A stretch of DNA of 64,000 bases from an uncultured Chloroflexia bacterium (GTDB lineage: Bacteria > Chloroflexota > Limnocylindria > Limnocylindrales > CSP1-4), in assembly GCA_963828165.1 (NCBI GenBank), contig CAWHDR010000001.1:32001-96000 (forward strand), read 5' to 3'. Below are positions 56,539-64,000 of this stretch, one piece after another. The notes beneath the pieces are model-generated. The model saw only the letters and a list, made by a program, of their open reading frames with translations. It did no database searches and had not been told where the DNA came from. Position numbers and translations under genes: made by a program. Every line of letters begins with the position of its first letter. Position 1 is the first letter of the stretch.

Positions 56539-58472
56539 CCCGCCGGTTCGGCCTCCCGTTCCTCCGTCGAGCGTCATCGCCGGCGGGTGGTGGCGCCGTG
56601 ATCCCGCCGGATCCACGCCAACACCTTGCCGGCCAGTTGGATCCCTCGATCGATGCGCTGCGCGCGTCGCTCGCCCCGCATCGCCGGCGCCTGTGGCTGC
56701 GGCGCATGGTGCGCCGTGCCTGGATCGCCCTGGCCGGAGTCGTGGTTGCCGAGGCCGCCCTTTGGACGCTCGCCCGGTTCGTCCCGCTCGAGGCGGCACC
56801 GGTCATCGGTGCGGCGATCCCGGTCGTCGGCGTGCTCGCCTTGCTGGTCGCGGTCGTGGGGGCGCGACCGTCACTGGGCGAGACCGCACTGGCCGTCGAC
56901 GCCGAGGGCCGCCTCGGAGACCGGGTGTCCAGCGCGCTCGAGCTCGCGGTCGGGTTCCCGGCCTCCGCCACGCCACCGGCCGATGACGTTGCGCTCGACA
57001 TTCCGCACGAGGGCCCGTTCGACGAGGCCGTCGAGGCCGACCGGTTCGTCCGCCGGCAGCGCCGCGATGCATTGGTCGCCCTGAGGACCGTGCCCAGCCT
57101 GTTCAAGCCGCGCTTCTCACGGTCGCCCGCGCTCACCTCCCTGGCTTCGGCCGTGCTCCTAGGAGCGGTCCTCCTCGTGCCGAATCCGCAGGACCTGGTG
57201 ATCGCCCAGCAGCGTGATGTTCGTGAGGCTGCCGACCGACAGGCCGACCGGCTCGACGAGCTTGCCGAGGATCTGGAGTCGAAGGGCGGCGAAGCCGAGG
57301 ACCCCCGGACCGAGCTCGCCGAGGAACTGCGTGAGCTGGCTCGCCAGCTGCGCGAGCGGCCGGACGAGCTCGCGGTGAACCTGCGGCAGCTCGGCGCGGT
57401 CGAGAGCGAGGTCCGTTCCCGCATCGATCCCTCGACCGAACAGCGCGCGTCTGCGATGACCTCACTGGCGCGGTCGCTGTCGCGGGCCGCGAGCGGCAAT
57501 CCGGAGGCAAATCGCGACGGCGACCCGGAGAAGACCCGCGAGGATCTCGAGGAGCTCGGCGACAAGCTCGATGAGCTGACCCCCGAGGAACAGCGCGAAC
57601 TTGCGCGGGAGCTCGCGGAGATGGAGTCGACCGCGTCAAGCGCGGACGGCGGCGCAGCCACGGCGCTGCGGGACGCGGCGCAGAGTCTGGCCCAGGGTGA
57701 CGCGGCGGGCGCCCGCTCCGCGCTCGACCGGCTTGGCGAGGCCATGACCGGGGCCCAGGCCGGCGTCGAAACGAACCGCGACCTCGCCGAGGCGGCGTCG
57801 CGCCTGCAGGACGCTCGCCGCGACCTGGCCGATGCCGGACGTCAGGGTCAGGGCCAGCAGGGCCAGGGTCAACAGGGTCAAGGTCAGCAGGGCCAAGGGC
57901 AGGGCCAAGGGCAAGGTCAGGGCCAGGGCTCCCCTGCCCCGGGGCAGGGCCAGGGGCAAGGCCAGGGCCAGGGCCAAGGGCAAGGGCAGGGGCAGGGCCA
58001 AGGTCAGGGCCAAGGTCAGGGTCAAGGTCAAGGTCAGGGGCAGGGCCAAGGGCAGGGTCAGGGCCAAGGTCAAGGTCAAGGTCAAGGGCAGGGGCAAGGC
58101 CAGATCGGTGGTGGCGGCTCGAACGCCCGGAGCCTGGGACAGGGCACGGGGGGAAACGCCCTTCCGGGCGCCCCGACGGGTGCCAACCGCGCCGCCGAGC
58201 TCGGCGAGGACGCTTCCTCGGTGTTCGCGCCATTCGATCGCGTCGGCCGGCCCGGCGATCCGTCGTACGTGGCGGGCACCGGTGGCGACGGGCAGACCCA
58301 GCAGGGAAACCAGACCGGTTCCGGCACCGACAACGGCGTGTTGACTCCGTACCAGCAGGTCTACGCGGACTTCGAGCGCTATGCCCAGACGTCCCTCGAT
58401 CGCGGCTACGTACCGCTCTCGGTCAAGGACTACGTCCGAGACTACTTCAGCTCCCTCGATCCCTCGAACTAA
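56535..58472 (+). CDS. Membrane-anchored coiled-coil protein with long Gly-Gln repeat
   Basis: Three TM segments, LGDRVSSALE, acidic coiled coil, (GQ)n tract, C-terminal VP...KDYVRDYF. Start overlaps the permease stop. Confidence 0.85.
   Translation: MTRRFGLPFLRRASSPAGGGAVIPPDPRQHLAGQLDPSIDALRASLAPHRRRLWLRRMVRRAWIALAGVVVAEAALWTLARFVPLEAAPVIGAAIPVVGVLALLVAVVGARPSLGETALAVDAEGRLGDRVSSALELAVGFPASATPPADDVALDIPHEGPFDEAVEADRFVRRQRRDALVALRTVPSLFKPRFSRSPALTSLASAVLLGAVLLVPNPQDLVIAQQRDVREAADRQADRLDELAEDLESKGGEAEDPRTELAEELRELARQLRERPDELAVNLRQLGAVESEVRSRIDPSTEQRASAMTSLARSLSRAASGNPEANRDGDPEKTREDLEELGDKLDELTPEEQRELARELAEMESTASSADGGAATALRDAAQSLAQGDAAGARSALDRLGEAMTGAQAGVETNRDLAEAASRLQDARRDLADAGRQGQGQQGQGQQGQGQQGQGQGQGQGQGQGSPAPGQGQGQGQGQGQGQGQGQGQGQGQGQGQGQGQGQGQGQGQGQGQGQGQGQGQGQIGGGGSNARSLGQGTGGNALPGAPTGANRAAELGEDASSVFAPFDRVGRPGDPSYVAGTGGDGQTQQGNQTGSGTDNGVLTPYQQVYADFERYAQTSLDRGYVPLSVKDYVRDYFSSLDPSN
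57843..58103 (+). repeat. Gly-Gln dipeptide repeat tract
   Basis: About 260 nt of CAR-GGN hexamers, interrupted once by SPAP. Confidence 0.95.
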
Positions 58473-58520
58473 CGGAACACCGGCCGTCACGACGGTCGCC
58501 GACACACCACCGGAGGCCTC

Positions 58521-59531
58521 ATGGAAGCGACCGCCACCAACGCCGATGCCCGCCTTGCTCCGGAGGCCTTCGCCGAGCGCGCTCAGGCCATCGAGCGCGA
58601 GGTCGGCCGCGTCATCGTCGGTCAGCGCGAGCTGGTGCGCCAGACGCTGACCGGCCTGCTCGCGAACTCGCATGTCCTGCTCGAGGGAGTCCCTGGTCTG
58701 GGCAAGACGATGCTCGTGCGAACGATCGCGGACGTCATCGACTGCACCTTCAACCGCATCCAGTTCACGCCGGATCTGATGCCGGCCGACATCACCGGCA
58801 CCAACATCCTCATCGAGGAGGATGGCCAGCGGATCTTCAAGTTCCAATCGGGTCCCATCTTTGCGAACCTGGTGCTCGCGGACGAGATCAACCGGGCGAC
58901 GCCCAAGACCCAGTCGAGCCTGCTCGAGGCGATGCAGGAGCACCAGGTCACCGTGGCCCGCCAGCGCTTCCCGCTGGACCCGCCGTTCTTCGTCCTGGCG
59001 ACCCAGAACCCGCTCGAGATGGAGGGGACCTATCCCCTGCCCGAGGCCCAGCTGGACCGTTTCATCTTCAAGGTCATGGTGCCCTTCCCGTCGGAGGAGG
59101 ACCTGATCTCGATCATGGATCGGACGACCGGCTCCGAGAGCGTGACAGCCTCCAAGGTCTGCACGGCCGCCGAGATCGTCGAGATGCAGCGACTCGCCCG
59201 GGCGGTGCCGATCGCGCCCCACGTCACGGCCTATGCGGTCAGCATCCTCGCCGCGTCCCATCCCGACCAGCCGCGCGCGCCGGGGCTCGTCCGCGACTAC
59301 GTCCGCTACGGGGGCTCGCCGCGAGGTGCCCAGGCCCTCGTGACCGCGGGCAAGATCTACGCGCTCCTCGACGGCCGGTTCAACGTCTCGACCGACGACA
59401 TCCGGGCGGTGGCGATGCCGTCGCTCCGCCACCGCATCATCCTCAACTTCGAAGGCGAGGCGGAGGGCATCACGACCGAGGCCACCGTGCGGGCCATCCT
59501 CGACGCCGTCGCCGTCCCGACCGTCGAGTAG
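58521..59531 (+). CDS. MoxR family AAA+ ATPase
   Basis: LEGVPGLGKT, RIQFTPDLMPADITG, LADEINRATPKTQS, ATQNP.E.EGTYPLPEAQLDRF. Confidence 0.96.
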   Translation: MEATATNADARLAPEAFAERAQAIEREVGRVIVGQRELVRQTLTGLLANSHVLLEGVPGLGKTMLVRTIADVIDCTFNRIQFTPDLMPADITGTNILIEEDGQRIFKFQSGPIFANLVLADEINRATPKTQSSLLEAMQEHQVTVARQRFPLDPPFFVLATQNPLEMEGTYPLPEAQLDRFIFKVMVPFPSEEDLISIMDRTTGSESVTASKVCTAAEIVEMQRLARAVPIAPHVTAYAVSILAASHPDQPRAPGLVRDYVRYGGSPRGAQALVTAGKIYALLDGRFNVSTDDIRAVAMPSLRHRIILNFEGEAEGITTEATVRAILDAVAVPTVE

Positions 59532-59541
59532 CCGCGACACC

Positions 59542-60510
59542 ATGACCGAGCGAAGCGGCCCCGAGCCGGGGGCGTCATCGCCCACGGCCGTCGCGGCGGG
59601 CACCCGCCCGGTCTTCCTGCCGTCGGAGGTCGACCCAACGGTCTTCGACGAGGCGTTCCTGCGCCAGCTCGAGCGGCTGCTCCTCCTGATGCGCTCGCCC
59701 GTTCGGGGCGGCCTGAAGGGCGGCCGGCGCAGCGTCAAGCGCGGTCAATCGGTCGAGTTCGCCGACTACCGCGACTACACGCCCGGCGACGACCTCCGCC
59801 AGCTCGACTGGAATGTCTACGCCCGGCTCGAGAAGCTGTTCGTGAAGCTGTTCGTCGAGGAGGAGGACATCACGGTCACGCTCCTCCTGGACGCCTCGGC
59901 GTCCATGGCGACCGGTCATCCGGACAAGCTCACGTTCGCCAAGCGCGCGGCGGCGGCCCTCGGGTACATCGGGCTGGCCAGCGAGGATCGTGTCGCGGTC
60001 AGCGCGCTGACGGGCAGGAGCGCCCGCCGGCGGGCGGCGCTCCGCGGCTCCGGCCGCGTCTTCCGCCTCCTGGCCGACCTGTCATCGATCCAGCCAGCCG
60101 ACGGGACGACGGACCTCGTCGCCGCGGCGCGTCACGCGGCCGCACAACTGCACGGACGCGGTGTGGTCGTCCTGCTCAGTGACTTGCTGGACCCGGGCGC
60201 AGACCGGGTGATCCGCGAGCTCGCCGCGACCGGCTCCGAGTTGATCGTCCTGCACGTCTTGTCACCCGAGGAGCTCGACCCGTCGCTCGAGGGCGATCTT
60301 CGTCTCGTCGATACGGAGACCGGCGACCGGGTCGACATCACGGCCGACCTCGCGACCATCGACGCCTACAAGGCCCGGCTCGCGGGCTGGAAGGACGGCT
60401 TCGCCGATGTCGCGGCCAAGCGCCGCGCGAGCTACGTGGACCTCGCGTCCGATGTGAACCTCGCCGAGCTGATGTTCGCCGAGCTGCGCCGGCGCCGGGT
60501 GCTGGGCTAG
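59542..60510 (+). CDS. DUF58 domain protein
   Basis: G.S.EFADYR.Y.PGDDLR.LDW..YAR, LDASASM, LSDL. Confidence 0.93.
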   Translation: MTERSGPEPGASSPTAVAAGTRPVFLPSEVDPTVFDEAFLRQLERLLLLMRSPVRGGLKGGRRSVKRGQSVEFADYRDYTPGDDLRQLDWNVYARLEKLFVKLFVEEEDITVTLLLDASASMATGHPDKLTFAKRAAAALGYIGLASEDRVAVSALTGRSARRRAALRGSGRVFRLLADLSSIQPADGTTDLVAAARHAAAQLHGRGVVVLLSDLLDPGADRVIRELAATGSELIVLHVLSPEELDPSLEGDLRLVDTETGDRVDITADLATIDAYKARLAGWKDGFADVAAKRRASYVDLASDVNLAELMFAELRRRRVLG

Positions 60511-60516
60511 GCGGTC

Positions 60517-62625
60517 GTGCCCTTCACGACGCCGCTCGCGCTGCTCGGACTGCTGTTCATCCCAGCGGTCATCGCGATGTACCTGCTCAAGCTCCGCCGG
60601 GACGAGGCGGTCGTCCCATCGACGCTCCTCTGGACGCGCCTGGTGGCGGATGTCGAGGCCAACGCCCCGTGGCAGAAGCTCAAGCGCAGCCTGTTGCTGC
60701 TGCTCCAGCTCCTGCTCGTGATCATCCTTGCGCTGCTCGCGGCCAGACCGTTCGTGGAACGGCCGGCCGGCCTCGCTCGGGACATCGTCCTCGTCCTGGA
60801 CACCTCGGCCAGCATGGCCGCCACGGACGTCGTGCCGGACCGCCTGACGGCCGCCAAGGTCGCCGCGACCGAGGCGTTGAAGGACCTGCCCACCGGCGGC
60901 AAGGTCAGCGTCATCGCCGCCGGGCGGAGCGCCCGCATCGTCGTGAACGAATCGACCGACCTGAGCCGCGTCCGGGGGGCGATCGACGACGTCGCCGTCA
61001 GCCAGGGCAGCGGGGACCTCGGCGATGCGCTGGAGCTGGCCTCCAAGCTCGCGGCGCGCTCCGGCGACGCGCAGGTCCTCGTGGCGACGGACGCCGCGCT
61101 TGCGACCGATCCGACCGGTCGGGTCGCCGCCAGGGTCAAGGTCCTTCCCGTCGGTCGGGACCGCAAGAACCAGGCCATCGTGGCGCTGGCCGTGAAGACC
61201 TCGCCTTCCGCGGTTTCGCGCTCCGTCTTCGTGAGCGTGGCGAACGTCGACCTTGAACGGACGACGCGGCGGCTGGAGCTGTGGGGAGACGGAAGTCTCC
61301 TGGAAGTCCGCGACGTCCCGCTCGAGGCGCAGGCCCGGGCGAACGTGATCGTGGACGACATCGACCGCAGCGTGCGTACCCTCGAGGTCCGCCTCGTGGG
61401 CAGCGATCCGGCCGTCGTGACGGCGCCCGACCAGCTGGCCATCGACGATCGTGCGTGGGCCGTCATCCCGCCCGACCGCACGCGCCTGATCCTCGTCGTC
61501 GGCGAGGGCGATCCGTACCTCGAGACCGCGCTGTCCTACCTTCCGAACGTCGAGCTCTTCGGCGTGCCCCCGAACGAATACGGGCCGAAGACGCAGCGCC
61601 AGGACGGCCGGCCGTGGGATCTCGTGATCTTCGAGGGCTTCCTCCCGGCGACGCTGCCGCGCTCCCCGATCCTCGCCATCGCTCCCCCGCGCACGAGCGA
61701 CCTCGGGCAGGTGGCCGGTCGGCTCACGAACCCGGGGATCGGGAGCCTGGATCCGGATGAGCCCGTCCTCCGCTTCGTCGACCTGTCCACGACCCACATC
61801 GCCGAGGCCTCGCGGCTGACCACGCCCGATTGGGCTCGAACGATCATCCCGGGCCCACGCGGCGCGCCCTTGCTCTACACCGGCACCCGTGACGGGCTGC
61901 CCAGCGCGGTCCTGGCGTTCGAGCCACGCCGGTCCGACCTGCCCCTCCAGGTCGCCTTCCCGATCCTGCTCGCCAACCTGACGGGCGAGCTCCTCGGCTC
62001 CACGACCGCCCCGAGCGAAGCCGTCGAGCCCGGCACGCCGGTCGAGCTGGCCATCCCGACCGGGGCGATCGGCGTGACCGTGACGTCGCCTGACGGGAGC
62101 GTCACCGAGCTCGTCCCGGGCACCAGCGGTGGGTCGGCGGTGAGCTTCGCGGCGACCGACCTGCTCGGTGTCTACACGGTCACCCCGATCGCCGACCCCG
62201 AGGCGTCACCCGCGCCGTCGGCCAGTGCCAGCACGGGTTCGTCTCCCAGTCCGAGGGCGAGCCCGTCCGCTGCGCCCTCGCCGGGGACCTCCGCCGGGGC
62301 GGGCGCAAGCCCCCCGCCCGAGGACCCCATGGCCCCGGTGCGATTCGCGGTCGATCTGTTCGATGTCGATGAATCCACGATCGCCCCGGGTTCCGCGGCT
62401 GCCATCGAGGCCCTTGGCACGACGGCTGCCGGCTCGCCGGAGCCCGGCACCGGGGGCGCGACGACCGAGCGCCCGACGACCCGCGACGAGCTGTGGGTGC
62501 CGATCGTCCTGCTCGTCCTGACGTTCCTTTGCGTCGAGTGGGCCCTCTATCACCGTGACGGGCTCACCCGGATCAAGCGCTCGCTGACGACGCGGTTGCG
62601 CCGCGGCGCGGGTGAGGCCGCCTGA
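60517..62625 (+). CDS. BatA and VWA domain-containing membrane protein
   Basis: BatA N-terminus (YLLK.RR....PSTLLW...LLLLQLL...ARP), MIDAS DTSASM, C-terminal TM with EW. Confidence 0.9.
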   Translation: MPFTTPLALLGLLFIPAVIAMYLLKLRRDEAVVPSTLLWTRLVADVEANAPWQKLKRSLLLLLQLLLVIILALLAARPFVERPAGLARDIVLVLDTSASMAATDVVPDRLTAAKVAATEALKDLPTGGKVSVIAAGRSARIVVNESTDLSRVRGAIDDVAVSQGSGDLGDALELASKLAARSGDAQVLVATDAALATDPTGRVAARVKVLPVGRDRKNQAIVALAVKTSPSAVSRSVFVSVANVDLERTTRRLELWGDGSLLEVRDVPLEAQARANVIVDDIDRSVRTLEVRLVGSDPAVVTAPDQLAIDDRAWAVIPPDRTRLILVVGEGDPYLETALSYLPNVELFGVPPNEYGPKTQRQDGRPWDLVIFEGFLPATLPRSPILAIAPPRTSDLGQVAGRLTNPGIGSLDPDEPVLRFVDLSTTHIAEASRLTTPDWARTIIPGPRGAPLLYTGTRDGLPSAVLAFEPRRSDLPLQVAFPILLANLTGELLGSTTAPSEAVEPGTPVELAIPTGAIGVTVTSPDGSVTELVPGTSGGSAVSFAATDLLGVYTVTPIADPEASPAPSASASTGSSPSPRASPSAAPSPGTSAGAGASPPPEDPMAPVRFAVDLFDVDESTIAPGSAAAIEALGTTAAGSPEPGTGGATTERPTTRDELWVPIVLLVLTFLCVEWALYHRDGLTRIKRSLTTRLRRGAGEAA

Positions 62626-64000
62626 TGGGCTTCAGCTTCGAGGCGCCACTCGCGCTGCTCCTCCTGGTCCCGGCACTGGCCCTCACGATCGCGCTGTACC
62701 TGGGCGCCCGCCGCCGGCTCGGGGCGGGACGTCGGAGGTTCGCCCTCTTCGTCCGGACCGCGCTACTGGTCGCGCTCGTCTTCGCGCTCGCGGGCTTCCG
62801 GATCGTCCTGCCGGTCGACCGGCTCGCGACGGTGTTCGTGGTGGATCTCTCCGACTCGGTCGGGAACGACGGCCGCGAGGACGCGCTCGCGTTCCTGCGC
62901 GAGACCCTCGACGTCATCCCGGACGGGGACGTGGCCGGGATCGTCGCATTCGGCAAGGAGGCGCTTGTCGAGCGCCTGCCATCGGACCTTGGCGAGATCG
63001 ATCGACTCGCGTCCACCCCGGTTCGTTCGGCCACCGACATCGGCGCCGCGCTACGACTGGCCAGCGCGTTGTTCCCCGACGATGCCCAGAAGCGCATCGT
63101 CCTGCTGTCCGACGGCAACGACACGACCGGCGGCGGCCAGGCGGAGGCCGCGCTGGCGGCGACGCGGGATATCCGGATCGAGACGCGGCTGATCGGGCTG
63201 GGCGCCACGGACGAGGTCCTCGTGGAGCGACTGATCACCCCCTCGACCTCGAACCTCGGGGACTCGGTGGAGGCCATCGCCGAGATCCGCTCGTCCGTCG
63301 CACAGCCGGCGACGGTCCGCCTGTTCGTGAACGGCGAGATCGCCGACACACAGCGGCTGAACCTCGAGGCCGGGGTCACCCGCGTCGTCTTCGACATCGA
63401 GCCCACCGAGGCCGGCTTCCACACGTTCCGGGTGGTCGTCGAGGCGGGGCGCGACACGTTCAGCGAGAACGACCGGGCGGACTCGAACACGATCGTGAAA
63501 GGCGAGCCGCGGACCCTGGTCCTGTCCGGCAACGAGGCCGTGGCCGCGGAGCTGGTCGACGCCCTGATCGCGCAGCGCCAGAAGGTCGACACGATGGTCC
63601 CCGAGCAGCTCCCGACGGATTTCGCGGCGCTCGCGACGTACGACAGCGTCGTGCTGGTCGACGTGCCGCGGGTCCGCCTTTCGGATCGCCAGCTGGCGGC
63701 GCTGCAGGTCTACGTGCGCGACCTCGGCAAGGGTCTCGTGATGATCGGCGGGCCGGACAGCTACGGGGCCGGCGGCTATCAGCGGACAGCCCTGGAGGAG
63801 ACGCTCCCGGTCGACATGGGCGTCCGGGACCGGCAGAAGCAGCCAGATGTCGCGCTGGTCGTGGTCATCGACCAGTCGGGATCGATGGATGCGTGCCACT
63901 GCAACACGTTCGACGGCGGCGCCGGCGGCGGCGGGACGGGCATCGGCGGGGTGCGCAAGGTCGATATCGGCAAGGAGGCCATCCTGCGCGCCGCGGCCGC
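62625..64000 (+). CDS. Double-VWA / GATase-like domain membrane protein, 3' truncated by window edge
   Basis: Not in the ORF track because it has no stop in the window. Reads MGFSFEAPLALLLL..., VWA1 VDLSDS...LLSDGN, GGPDSYGAGGY..T.LEE.LPV, VWA2 IDQSGSM. Confidence 0.88.
   Translation, partial: MGFSFEAPLALLLLVPALALTIALYLGARRRLGAGRRRFALFVRTALLVALVFALAGFRIVLPVDRLATVFVVDLSDSVGNDGREDALAFLRETLDVIPDGDVAGIVAFGKEALVERLPSDLGEIDRLASTPVRSATDIGAALRLASALFPDDAQKRIVLLSDGNDTTGGGQAEAALAATRDIRIETRLIGLGATDEVLVERLITPSTSNLGDSVEAIAEIRSSVAQPATVRLFVNGEIADTQRLNLEAGVTRVVFDIEPTEAGFHTFRVVVEAGRDTFSENDRADSNTIVKGEPRTLVLSGNEAVAAELVDALIAQRQKVDTMVPEQLPTDFAALATYDSVVLVDVPRVRLSDRQLAALQVYVRDLGKGLVMIGGPDSYGAGGYQRTALEETLPVDMGVRDRQKQPDVALVVVIDQSGSMDACHCNTFDGGAGGGGTGIGGVRKVDIGKEAILRAAA

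Overview
A high-GC (roughly 70% by eye), gene-dense bacterial chromosomal segment. Gene content, apparent leaderless promoters and a GAAC-N4-GTTC SOS box suggest Chloroflexota, possibly class Limnocylindria (inference). It holds about 55 CDSs and two tRNAs (Arg-TCT, Glu-CTC). No CRISPR array, integrase, transposase or prophage was seen. Main functions: acyl-CoA metabolism with a split B12-dependent mutase carrying isobutyryl-CoA mutase signature residues plus MeaB; a GAF-GAF-PAS hybrid kinase; three ABC-2 exporters; ArsR-trxA; folE; an ECF sigma factor coupled to an O6-methylguanine methyltransferase with a C-terminal Ada-type Zn domain; an orphan DNA methyltransferase; a DgcN/DgcA-like pair; and a >12 kb operon (ABC, Gly-Gln repeat protein, MoxR, DUF58, VWA proteins) running off the right end. 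The most notable unexplained signals are two strongly base-paired intergenic RNA candidates (24.1-24.3 kb, 43.0-43.2 kb), DnaA-like boxes next to a LexA box upstream of an unknown 148-aa gene, and the ECF-Ogt module. Three genes have small indel frameshifts that are probably sequencing or assembly errors. Many start codons were reassigned by eye relative to the ORF track.
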